Shown here piece by piece: positions 28,640 to 37,801 of a DNA stretch of 64,000 bases (the first letter of the stretch is position 1; every line of letters begins with the position of its first letter). The notes under the pieces are model-generated. The model worked only from the letters and a program-made list of their open reading frames with translations, ran no database searches and was not told where the DNA came from. The translations under genes were made by a program, and so were the position numbers. Source of the stretch: Candidatus Latescibacterota bacterium (lineage in GTDB: Bacteria; Latescibacterota; UBA2968; UBA8231); the NCBI GenBank assembly GCA_965243025.1, contig CBDETY010000003.1:4608001-4672000 (forward strand), read 5' to 3'.

Positions 28640-28975
28640 TCAGACGGCGGGCTCGCCGTCCTCCCGCCCTCCGGAACGCACGATCTCCCTCAGCTCCGCC
28701 TCCTTCAGCCGGATGTCGGCCTTGCAGCCGTCGATCCGCTGGGTGTAGGCCAGCAGGGTCTCGTCCCCTTCCGCGCCGGCGGCGGCCGGCAGGTCGCCGG
28801 CCTTGATGCGGGAGTAGACGTGGTTTCCCAGCTCGCCGAAGGTGGTCTTCAGCTGGCGCTGGGAGGCGGCGATCTCGGCCCGGACCTTCAGCGCCCTGCC
28901 GAGAACGCGGCCGCGCTCGGCAGCGCCGGCGAGGCGCTCCCTGAGGGCGTCAGCTAATTGCCTCTTCCTCGTCAT
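28640..28975 (-). CDS. Hypothetical coiled-coil protein
   Basis: Helical charged sequence; GGAGG upstream; overlaps the end of the YtxH gene. Confidence 0.7.
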   Translation of the reverse strand: MTRKRQLADALRERLAGAAERGRVLGRALKVRAEIAASQRQLKTTFGELGNHVYSRIKAGDLPAAAGAEGDETLLAYTQRIDGCKADIRLKEAELREIVRSGGREDGEPAV

Positions 28976-29201
28976 TGCCGTCCTCCCTGCGGTGCACCAT
29001 CAGGTCTTCGACCTTCTCCACGACCTGGTCCTTCGTCTCTCCGGCGGCGCGGGTGATCTTGCGGCGGGTTATGTCGCCGCGGTGGGGCGCCAGCAGCACT
29101 CCGAGGGCGCTGCCGACCACGAAGCCGGCGCAACACCCGATGACGAAGCCGGTCAGGCGGCCGCCGGAGCGGTTTCCGGGATAGTATCGACTGTAGAACA
29201 T
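28950..29201 (-). CDS. YtxH-domain protein
   Basis: GFVVGSALGVLLAPHRGDITRRKI; GAGGAG before ATG 29201. Confidence 0.8.
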   Translation of the reverse strand: MFYSRYYPGNRSGGRLTGFVIGCCAGFVVGSALGVLLAPHRGDITRRKITRAAGETKDQVVEKVEDLMVHRREDGNDEEEAIS

Positions 29202-29497
29202 TGGCTTTTCCTCCTCTTCGCAGCCCGTTGACAAAGTTGCTCCGGGGACGAGGCCGCTGCCCCCGGATCAAACTTTGTTCCGGCTGCCTGATTACGACTC
29301 GCCGGCGGCGGAAAGGATCCGCTGAAAGGCGCGGCGCCGGGAGCCGTTTCCTTTCAGAACATAACCGCCGGACTCCATTTGAACAAAGCAGTTCCCCCCT
29401 CTATTTTTGCCCTCTTACCTGTTGTCGCGGAGCAGCTTCTGCCTCCGCCTTCCCGCACCACGCACGCCCCCGCGCGTCCACCACCGAGAGGCCGCCG

Positions 29498-30979
29498 ATG
29501 GCGCAGATTCTCAACCGCCCCTCCCACAGCCTCAGAGAGTTCCGCATTCTGCCCGGGTACACCCCGCCGGACGGCAACGCCCTCAACGTCGATCTCGGGA
29601 CGCGCCTGTGCGCCTGCGGCGACGGCTTCATCGAGCTGAAGACGCCGTTCCTGAGCGCCGCAATGCAGGCGGTGACCGGAGCCGAGATGGCGATCGCGAT
29701 CTCGCAGCTCGGCGGCATCGGCATCCTGCCGGTGAGCCAGAGGACGGATGAGCAGTGCGCGAAGATCGACGTGGTCAAGCGCTTCAAGGCCGGCTTCCAG
29801 ACCAACATCATGACCCTGTCCCCGGGGCAGCTGATAGCCGACGTCATCGAGATCATCCGCGACACCGGGTACTCGACCTTTCCCGTGACCGACAGCGGCG
29901 CCTTCCACGGCCGCCTGCTCGGCATCATCACCGACAAGGACTTCGACGTGCGCCGCGACCACGCCTGCACCGTAGGGGAGCGGATGCGCCGCGACGTCCA
30001 GGCCGGGGTCGGCATCGCCGACCTCAAGGAAGCGAACGAGCTGATGATCAAGTACGGCCGCGGCTTCCTGCCGATCATCGACGGCGACGGCATCCTGCAG
30101 TCGGTGGTTTTCAAGAGGGACCTCGACAAGCATCTCGAGCATCCCAACGAGTCCGTCGACAGCAAGAAGCGCCTGCTCGTCGGGGCCGCGGTCTCCACCC
30201 ATCCCGAGGACCGCGAGCGGGTGCAGTTCCTCGTCGAGCACGAGGTCGACGTCCTCGTCATCGACGCCTCCGACGGGCACACGCACTTCCAGCGCCAGAT
30301 GATCGAGTGGATCAAGGGGAGCTACGGCGTCCCGGTGATCGCCGGCAACGTCATCACCGCCAGGGGGTTCGATTTCCTCGTCGGCGCCGGGGCCGACGCC
30401 ATCAAGGTCGGTATGGGGATCGGCTCGGGATGCACGACCATGGAGGTCAAGGCGACCGGCCGCGGGCAGGCGACGACGCTGATGGACATCGCCCCGGTGC
30501 GGGACGCCCTGTTCGAGAAGGAGGGCCGCTACATTCCGCTGATCGCCGACGGCGGCATCAGCGGCCCCGCGGAGATGTCGGTGGCCCTGGCCCTGGGAGC
30601 GGACGCGCTGATGATGGGCAACTTCTTCGCCCGCTACACCGAAAGCGCCGGAAACCTCGTCCGCAACGCCGGCGGCGAGATCGTCAAGGAGTACTGGATG
30701 GAGGGGAGCAGCAAGGCGCGCAACGCCCGGCGCTACGCGCAGCTGCAGGACCTCTTCTTCGAAGAGGGGATCACCGGGTACGTCCCCCACCTCGGCTCGA
30801 TCTACGACAAGCTCCCGGTGGTGCTGCAGATCCTGCGCTCGACGCTGGCGACCGCGGGCTGCCGCTCCATCGGCGAGCTGCACCGGTCGGCGCAGGTCGA
30901 GATGCAGTCCCCGACCGCTCTCGCCGACAGCGACATCCACGACATGGTGCCGATGAACATCGACCAGCAGATCCTGTAG
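29498..30979 (+). CDS. guaB: IMP dehydrogenase with CBS pair
   Basis: Motifs SAAMQAV, IDASDG, AGNV, catalytic loop GMGIGSGCTT, ADGG, KEYWMEGS. GMP reductase activity is not excluded. Confidence 0.88.
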   Translation: MAQILNRPSHSLREFRILPGYTPPDGNALNVDLGTRLCACGDGFIELKTPFLSAAMQAVTGAEMAIAISQLGGIGILPVSQRTDEQCAKIDVVKRFKAGFQTNIMTLSPGQLIADVIEIIRDTGYSTFPVTDSGAFHGRLLGIITDKDFDVRRDHACTVGERMRRDVQAGVGIADLKEANELMIKYGRGFLPIIDGDGILQSVVFKRDLDKHLEHPNESVDSKKRLLVGAAVSTHPEDRERVQFLVEHEVDVLVIDASDGHTHFQRQMIEWIKGSYGVPVIAGNVITARGFDFLVGAGADAIKVGMGIGSGCTTMEVKATGRGQATTLMDIAPVRDALFEKEGRYIPLIADGGISGPAEMSVALALGADALMMGNFFARYTESAGNLVRNAGGEIVKEYWMEGSSKARNARRYAQLQDLFFEEGITGYVPHLGSIYDKLPVVLQILRSTLATAGCRSIGELHRSAQVEMQSPTALADSDIHDMVPMNIDQQIL

Positions 30980-31100
30980 TGTCCCGTCCCGACGATATCC
31001 CGCAGTTCTTCAGCCGATCCATCCCGGGGGAAAAATCGCGGCTCGATCGAAATATCCCTTGGGCGATTTTTCCCTCGATCCGGGTTCACCGGCCCACACC

Positions 31101-31796
31101 GTGAAGGTCCTGGTCACCGGGGCCGGCAGCCGGCTCGGCCGCGCCCTGGCGACGGAGCTGCGGGCGTCGGGCCACGAGCTGCGGCTCAGCCACCGCTCCC
31201 GCATCCGCACCGGCTGCGAGTTCGCGCAGTCGCAGCTCGGTCACGGCAGCGCCACCGACCGCCTGGTGAGCGGCATCGAGACCATCGTGCACATTCCCGA
31301 TCCCGGGCCGCAGCCGTCCCCGGAGGACTGGATCGACGCGGGCACGCGCTGCGCCTACAACCTCTTCCGCGCCGCCGCCAGGGCAGGGGTCGGCCGCGTG
31401 ATCTACATCAGCAGCCTCGATCTCTTCCTGTCTTACGACGAGGACATGGCGGTCGGCGAGACCTGGCGGCCGCTGCCGTCGACGGACCCCGAACAGCTCG
31501 GCATCTACCTCGGGGAGTTCGTCGCCGAGGAGTTCGTCCAGGAAAGGCGCTTCGGCTACACCTGCCTGCGGCTCGGCCACCTTGTCGAGGCCGCCGAAGC
31601 CGGGGGGCAGCCGTACGACCCGATGTGGCTCGAGCTGTCGGACGCGGCGCTCGCCGTCGCCGCGGCGGTCGGGCGCTCCGCTGAGGCCCCCGCCTTCGAG
31701 ATCCTGCACGTCCAGTCCTCCTCCCCGGGCTCGCGCTTCGGCATCGACGCCGCGCGCGACGCTCTCGGTTTCGAGCCGCGGCACAACTTCGCATGA
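31101..31796 (+). CDS. NAD(P)-binding epimerase/uronate dehydrogenase-like SDR, degenerate active site
   Basis: VLVTGAGSRLG and RVIYISS; no YxxxK at the expected position. Confidence 0.75.
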   Translation: MKVLVTGAGSRLGRALATELRASGHELRLSHRSRIRTGCEFAQSQLGHGSATDRLVSGIETIVHIPDPGPQPSPEDWIDAGTRCAYNLFRAAARAGVGRVIYISSLDLFLSYDEDMAVGETWRPLPSTDPEQLGIYLGEFVAEEFVQERRFGYTCLRLGHLVEAAEAGGQPYDPMWLELSDAALAVAAAVGRSAEAPAFEILHVQSSSPGSRFGIDAARDALGFEPRHNFA

Positions 31797-32524
31797 AGGT
31801 GCTGATACTCGGCGCCCACGGGATGCTGGGCCCGTGGGTAGTGAAGGAGCTCGAAGGGAGCTGCGACCTCAGGCTCACCGACATAATCGACATCGACTCC
31901 CCCCACGAGACGATGCGGGTCGACGTCGCCGACTTCCGCCAGGTTTTGGCTGCGGCCGAGGGCACCGACGCCATCGTCAACTGCTCGGTGCTGCGCTCGC
32001 ACCGCAAGGCCGCCTTCGACGTCAGCACCCTCGGCACCTGGAACGCGGTGCGCGCCGCGGTCGAGCTCGGCATGCCGAGGTTCGTCAACACCGGTCCGCA
32101 CTTCACGGTCACCGGCAGCTTCTACCACCAGTTCGATTTCGGCATTCCCGAGGAGGTGCCGGCGCACTCAGGCTCCGGCAACGTCTACGCCCTGTCGAAA
32201 TCCGCCGGGCAGGAGATCTGCCGCCTGTTCGCCGCCAACCACCCGATCCACGTCCTCTGCATGCTGTTCCTCAACTTCCGCTCCCACGTAGCACCCGCCG
32301 ACGAGGTGGGCGGCGACCTCAACCCGTTCACGGTCAGCTGGCGCGACGCCGGAAAGGCGATCCGGCTGGCTCTCGAGGTCGACCTCGCTACCCTGCCGAG
32401 CCGCAACGAGGCCTTCTTCGTCACCGCGGACCTGCCGCACGGCAAGTACTCCAACGCCAAGGCGAAGCGGCTTCTCGGGTTCGAGCCGCAGGACCGGCTC
32501 GAGGAATACTGGCGCAGGTCCTGA
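31793..32524 (+). CDS. NAD-dependent epimerase/uronate dehydrogenase-like SDR
   Basis: GAHGMLG, LRLTDI, YALSK; ATG overlaps the upstream TGA. Confidence 0.8.
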   Translation: MKVLILGAHGMLGPWVVKELEGSCDLRLTDIIDIDSPHETMRVDVADFRQVLAAAEGTDAIVNCSVLRSHRKAAFDVSTLGTWNAVRAAVELGMPRFVNTGPHFTVTGSFYHQFDFGIPEEVPAHSGSGNVYALSKSAGQEICRLFAANHPIHVLCMLFLNFRSHVAPADEVGGDLNPFTVSWRDAGKAIRLALEVDLATLPSRNEAFFVTADLPHGKYSNAKAKRLLGFEPQDRLEEYWRRS

Positions 32525-32549
32525 CAGCCCCACGGACGAGCCGCTGACC

Positions 32550-33617
32550 GTGCCTTCGACCGAAGCTGTGCTGCAGGTGTTCCGGGGACCGGACCGCGGC
32601 TTCGAGCTGCGCAGCCTGGAGCTGCCGGAGCCGGCCGCCGGAGAGGTCCTGGCGCGGGTCGACCTGGCGACGATCTGCGGCTCCGACCTGTACACGGCGC
32701 GCGGCGCCCGTCCGCAGCCGGTCCCGGCGGTGCTCGGACACGAGGGGGTCGGGACGGTCGTTGCCACGGGGCGCGGCCGAAACCTCGAGGTCGGAAGCCG
32801 GGTAACCTGGTCCCTGGTCGACCGCTGCGGTTCCTGCGCCTTCTGCACCCGCTACGGCCTGCCCGAGAAGTGCGAGTCCCTGTTCAAGTACGGGCACGCC
32901 CCGCTCGCCGAGGGGGGCGCGAGCGGATGCTACGCCTCGCACATCCTGCTGCGCCCCGGCACCAAGGTGGCGGCGGTGCCGGAAGCCTTGAGCGACGCGG
33001 CGGCGGCACCGGCAAACTGCGTCCTGGCGACCGCGGTGAACGTCGTTTCGCAGCTTCCCGAATCCTGCGAAAGCGCCGTCGTCCAGGGCGCCGGCCTTCT
33101 CGGTCTCTACCTTTGCGCGCTGCTGCGCAGGCGCGGGGTCGGCCACCTTTTCTGCTGCGATCCCGACGGCCGGCGGCTGGCCCTTGCCCCCTCTTTCGGC
33201 GCCACCCCTCTCGGTGCGGACCCCGGGGCGAGAGAGGCCGCGGTCCGCGACCGCTGCCCGCACGGCGTCGACGCCGTGATCGAGGCCGCGGGGGATCCGG
33301 CCGTCGTGCCGGAAGGGGTGGACCTCGTGCGGACAGGGGGATGGCTTGTTCTCGCCGGCATGGTGCACCCGCGCAGCGCCCTGGAGCTGACCGGGGAGCG
33401 GATCATCCGCAAGTGCCTTACCCTGCGCGGGGTCCACAACTACAGCCCTCGCCATCTGCACGAAGCGGTGCGGTTTCTCGAGGCGACCGCGGCCGTCCAT
33501 CCGTACGAGCGGCTCGTCTCACCGTCACTCTATCCGCTGCCGCGGCTCGAGGAGGCGTTCGCCGCCGCGGAGTCCCGGGAGTGGCACCGGATCGCGGTGC
33601 GCCCAAAGGAGTGCTGA
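32550..33617 (+). CDS. Zn-dependent alcohol dehydrogenase resembling the phosphonate-catabolism-associated (HpnZ-like) clade
   Basis: Motifs ICGSD, GHEG, CGSCAFC..C, PANC, GAGLLG, GVHNY; 1 nt upstream of phnA. Confidence 0.8.
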   Translation: MPSTEAVLQVFRGPDRGFELRSLELPEPAAGEVLARVDLATICGSDLYTARGARPQPVPAVLGHEGVGTVVATGRGRNLEVGSRVTWSLVDRCGSCAFCTRYGLPEKCESLFKYGHAPLAEGGASGCYASHILLRPGTKVAAVPEALSDAAAAPANCVLATAVNVVSQLPESCESAVVQGAGLLGLYLCALLRRRGVGHLFCCDPDGRRLALAPSFGATPLGADPGAREAAVRDRCPHGVDAVIEAAGDPAVVPEGVDLVRTGGWLVLAGMVHPRSALELTGERIIRKCLTLRGVHNYSPRHLHEAVRFLEATAAVHPYERLVSPSLYPLPRLEEAFAAAESREWHRIAVRPKEC

Positions 33618-33618
33618 T

Positions 33619-34833
33619 ATGCCCGGAGTGAACGGACGCGACTACGGCCTGCCGGCCGCGCCGGTCGTCGGTATCTGCATCGACGGCTGCGACCCGGCCT
33701 ACATCGAGGCCGCCGCGGGCTCCATGCCCAACCTGCAGGAGATGATCGCCTCGGGATGCTCCGGCCTGGCGCAGGCGGTCGTTCCCTCTTACACCAACCC
33801 GAACAACGTCGCCATCCTCACCGGAACGACCCCGGACGTCAACGGCATCTGCGGCAACTACTACTACGACGAGGCCAGCGAACGCGAAGTCATGATGGAC
33901 GACCCGCGGCACCTGCGGGCGGCTACCGTTCCGGCGGCTTTCAGCGCCGCGGGCGCCAGGGTGGCGGCGGTCACCACCAAGGAGAAGCTGCGCCGCTTTC
34001 TCGGCCACGGCCTGCGCGGAATCAGCTTCTCCGTCGAGCGCGCCGAGGCGGTTACAGAGGCCGAAAACGGCATCGGCGACGTGCTCGGCATCGTGGGGCG
34101 GAAGAACCCCGGTATCTACGATCCCGAGGCGAGCGTCTTCTGCCTCGAAGCGGGAGCGCGCCTGCTGCAGCGGGAGAAAATCGACCTGATGTACCTGTCG
34201 ACGACCGACTTCGTGCAGCACAAGTTCGCCCCGGGGGCGCCGGAGGCGGCCGCCTTCTACAGCCGCCTCGACCTCTTCCTCGGCGAGCTGCACGATATCG
34301 GCGCCGTCGTCGGCATCACCGCCGACCACGGCATGAACGACAAGACGAAAGCCGACGGCACCCCGAACGTTCAGTACCTCGGGAGCATCCTCGAATCCGC
34401 CGGCATCGAGGCGCGGGTGATTCTGCCGGTCACCGACCCGTACGTCGTCCACCACGGCGCCCTGGGCTCGTACGCGACCGTTTACCTCGGGGCCGCGGAC
34501 CTCCCCCGGGCGCGCGCCCTGTTGGAACAGGTTCCTGGAGTGGAGCGGGTTCTCGCGAAGCAGGAGGCAGCCCTGGAATACGCGCTGCCACCGGATCTCA
34601 TCGGCGATCTCGTGCTGCTGGCGGACCGCGGCACCGTGCTCGGCAAGACCCCGGACTGGCACGACCTGTCCGACGTCGAGACCGGGCTCAGGTCGCACGG
34701 CGGCCTGCACGAAGCGACGGTCCCCTTCATCGTCAACCGCCCCCTGAAGAGCCGCTGGCGGGAGCGCCTGGCAGGAAACCGGATGCGGAACTTCGACCTC
34801 TTCGACGCCCTCTGTAACGGGGTGGAGGACTGA
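33619..34833 (+). CDS. phnA: Phosphonoacetate hydrolase
   Basis: Motifs ICIDGC, PSYTNPNN, HKFAP, TADHGM, TDPYVVHHGALGS, RSHGG, RNFD. Confidence 0.95.
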   Translation: MPGVNGRDYGLPAAPVVGICIDGCDPAYIEAAAGSMPNLQEMIASGCSGLAQAVVPSYTNPNNVAILTGTTPDVNGICGNYYYDEASEREVMMDDPRHLRAATVPAAFSAAGARVAAVTTKEKLRRFLGHGLRGISFSVERAEAVTEAENGIGDVLGIVGRKNPGIYDPEASVFCLEAGARLLQREKIDLMYLSTTDFVQHKFAPGAPEAAAFYSRLDLFLGELHDIGAVVGITADHGMNDKTKADGTPNVQYLGSILESAGIEARVILPVTDPYVVHHGALGSYATVYLGAADLPRARALLEQVPGVERVLAKQEAALEYALPPDLIGDLVLLADRGTVLGKTPDWHDLSDVETGLRSHGGLHEATVPFIVNRPLKSRWRERLAGNRMRNFDLFDALCNGVED

Positions 34834-35112
34834 TCCGCTGTCCTGTGGACTCTCCGAACCGGAGGACCGGGACCCGGGGATGCGGGGCCCGGGATGGAAC
34901 AAGCGGGTGGGATTTTCGGGGGAATAACGGACCGGGTGCCTCGGCTGTCCGAGGGCATTCGTGGGACTGGCAACCTCAACCCGTGGCAGCGCGGCAGTTC
35001 CCGGGCGGGACCGGGAGCCGGGCAACGAACCGGCAGCAGATCAAAAGCGGGCAGAAAAACCCGTGGCTGAGCGGAACACCCGCCCCGCCGCGGACTTTCC
35101 GAGGCAGGACCC

Positions 35113-36537
35113 ATGCGTGAGTACGGCAGCATCATCGGCGGGAAACAGCAGCCTGGCGGCGAGTGGATCGACGTGCGCAACCCGTATACGTCGGAGCCGG
35201 TGGGAAGGGTCGCCTCCCTCGATCCCGGGAGCCTCGACGCCATCGTCAGGCAGGTCCACGCCGCCGAGGTGCGCCTCAGCCGAAGGGAGCGCAGCGACGT
35301 GCTTACGCGGATGGCGGCCGCGGTCGAGGAGCGTGCCGGCGAGATCAGCCGCCTGATCACGGACGAGTCCGGGCTCTCCCTGAAGGACTCCCGCTACGAG
35401 GCGCTGCGGGTCTGCGAGGTGCTGCGCTTCTCGGGGATGGCGGCGCTGCAGGACGATTCCGAGGTGTTCCCCTGCGACGTCTCCGTCCAGGGGCGCCCGC
35501 GCCGCATCTACACCTCCCGGTTTCCCTGGCGCGCCATCGCGGCGATCACCCCCTTCAACCACCCGATGAACCAGGTCGCCCACAAGATCGCGCCGGCGAT
35601 CGCGACCAATAACACGGTGCTGCTGAAGCCATCTGAGAAAACCCCGCTCTCCGCTTACTACCTGGCGGAGCTGGCGTTCGAGTGCGGACTGCCGCCGCAG
35701 TCGCTGGCCGTATTCAACGGCACGGCCGGCGGTGTTGCCGAGCCCCTGGTCGCCCACGACCTCGTCGACATGGTGACCTTCACCGGCGGCACCGCCACCG
35801 GCCGCCGCATCGCCGAACTGGCCGGGTACAAGCGGCTGGTGCTCGAGCTGGGGGGCAGCTCGCCGCTGCTCGTGCTCACCGACGCCGACCCGGAGACCGC
35901 GGCGGGGATCGCCGCCGCCGGCATCTTCCGGAACAGCGGCCAGCGGTGTACGGCGATTCGCCGCCTACTCGTCGACGAGAGGGTCGCCGGCCGCTTTGCC
36001 GCGGCCCTGGCGGCGGAGGTCTCGCGGCTGACCTGCGGGAACCCCTACGAGGAGGAGACCGACGTCGGCACGGTGATCTCCGGGGAAGCGGCCCGCGGCA
36101 TCGAGGCCCGGGTTGAGGACTGCCTCGGCCGCGGCGCCGAGCTGCTGGCCGGCCACCGGCGCGAGGGGGCCCTCTACCACCCGACGGTCCTCGACCGGGT
36201 CGATCCCGCCTGCGAGCTGGTGAAGCGGGAGACCTTCGGACCGGTCGCACCGATCATCCGCGTCTCCTCCCTCGACGAGGCGGTCCGCCTGGCCAACGAC
36301 ACCCCCTACGGGCTGTCCGCCGGGGTGGTCAGCGATCACTGGCCCTCCATTCAGCGGGTGATCGGCGAGGTGGAGGCGGGGACGGTGAACGTCAACGAGG
36401 CGCCGAGCTACCGGCTCGAGACCACTCCCTTCGGGGGCATCAAGTCATCGGGGCTCGGGTACAAGGAAGGGGTGCTCGAGACGATGAAGGCGATGACCTG
36501 GGTCAAGACCTACTCGCTGCCCTGGGACCGGCCCTGA
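35113..36537 (+). CDS. phnY: Phosphonoacetaldehyde dehydrogenase
   Basis: Motifs TPFNHPMNQVAHK, ELGG, NSGQRCTA, SGLGYKEGV, KTYSLPW; next to phnA. Confidence 0.92.
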   Translation: MREYGSIIGGKQQPGGEWIDVRNPYTSEPVGRVASLDPGSLDAIVRQVHAAEVRLSRRERSDVLTRMAAAVEERAGEISRLITDESGLSLKDSRYEALRVCEVLRFSGMAALQDDSEVFPCDVSVQGRPRRIYTSRFPWRAIAAITPFNHPMNQVAHKIAPAIATNNTVLLKPSEKTPLSAYYLAELAFECGLPPQSLAVFNGTAGGVAEPLVAHDLVDMVTFTGGTATGRRIAELAGYKRLVLELGGSSPLLVLTDADPETAAGIAAAGIFRNSGQRCTAIRRLLVDERVAGRFAAALAAEVSRLTCGNPYEEETDVGTVISGEAARGIEARVEDCLGRGAELLAGHRREGALYHPTVLDRVDPACELVKRETFGPVAPIIRVSSLDEAVRLANDTPYGLSAGVVSDHWPSIQRVIGEVEAGTVNVNEAPSYRLETTPFGGIKSSGLGYKEGVLETMKAMTWVKTYSLPWDRP

Positions 36538-36576
36538 GTGACGCGCCGCCGCGAGCGTACCCGCCTTGCGAACCGG

Positions 36577-37602
36577 CTACAGCGGAAACTCGACGCGCCT
36601 GCCTTCGCGGAGGCTGATGTCGACCGCCTCGGTGAATTCCATGTACCTCACGCCGTCGGCGAAGTTGGTGTGCGTCACCGGGGCGCCTTCGCGAACGGCG
36701 TCGACGAACTCCCTCTCGACGCGCCACTCCCCCCGCTTTTCGGGCGGGATCTCCAGCCGCCGGAACTCGCTGTCCCCCTCTCCCGCCACCCAGGCGGCCC
36801 CGTCCTCCAGCTTGAAGGCCCCCTTTGTCCCGTGCAGCTCGAGATCGGCTCCGCTGCCACCGAGCCGCGCCACGTTGGACAGGTGGTAGACGGCGGTGGC
36901 CCCCGACTCCATTTCCGCGACGATCCCGATCGACTCGGGGACGTCGGCATCCTGCATCCGGCCGGTCTCCTCGTTCAGCCGCTCCGTCGTGAACGACGCG
37001 GCGTGCGCGACGAGGGATTTCTCGAACCCGGCGTAGCGGTGGACGTTCTCGTTGTAGATGCCCATGGCCATGATGTTGTTGCCCGACAGGTCGCGGCGCT
37101 GGCGCCAGTGCAGCGGAGCCTGCGGATCGTAGCCCCCTGCGAGCGAACTGACCCGGATCTCGAGCCAGTCGCCGAAGCAGCCGTCGGCGATCAGATCCAG
37201 GGTCGTCGCCTCCGACTCGGGGTCCATCTGCCCGGGGACGATCATGGCGACCTTGTCCGATGCCAGGGAAGCGTCGTACATCCGCCGGGCTTCCTCGAGA
37301 TTCATCGCCATGCGCGCCTCGGTGAGGATGTGCTTGCCGGCTTTCAGGGTCTCGAGGGTGACCTCGCAATGCATGTACGGCCAGGTGCCGACGCAGACGG
37401 CGTCGACGTCGTCCCGGTGCACCACTTCCCTCCAGTCCTCGACGACGTCGGGGATGCCGAAGTCGTCGGCGACCTTCTGCGCCGACTCGCGGCTGCGGTT
37501 GCAGACGGCGACCACCTCGACGCCGTCGATCTCCTGGAACCCGGGGATGTGTTTCAGCCTGGTGTTCGCCCCGGCGCCGATCAGTCCTATTGAGAGCGTC
37601 AT
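36577..37602 (-). CDS. Gfo/Idh/MocA family oxidoreductase
   Basis: IGLIGAG and TWPYMH..GKHILTEARMA. Confidence 0.88.
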   Translation of the reverse strand: MTLSIGLIGAGANTRLKHIPGFQEIDGVEVVAVCNRSRESAQKVADDFGIPDVVEDWREVVHRDDVDAVCVGTWPYMHCEVTLETLKAGKHILTEARMAMNLEEARRMYDASLASDKVAMIVPGQMDPESEATTLDLIADGCFGDWLEIRVSSLAGGYDPQAPLHWRQRRDLSGNNIMAMGIYNENVHRYAGFEKSLVAHAASFTTERLNEETGRMQDADVPESIGIVAEMESGATAVYHLSNVARLGGSGADLELHGTKGAFKLEDGAAWVAGEGDSEFRRLEIPPEKRGEWRVEREFVDAVREGAPVTHTNFADGVRYMEFTEAVDISLREGRRVEFPL

Positions 37603-37801
37603 GCTGACTCCTGCGAGGTATGCATTCTGTACGTGATTGGTGATTGAGTGGAAACCGTGCCGACGAGCTGACAGCCAGCGGAAATTCAGCTTTTGCAGGG
37701 TTGGAATCCCCGCATCGTATTCGCGCCGAATCCGGCCGCAAGGGCCGCCCGCAGGGCCAGTGCGTCAAGAGGCTGCTAAGGTAGGGCGGCCCGGGGGGCG
37801 G

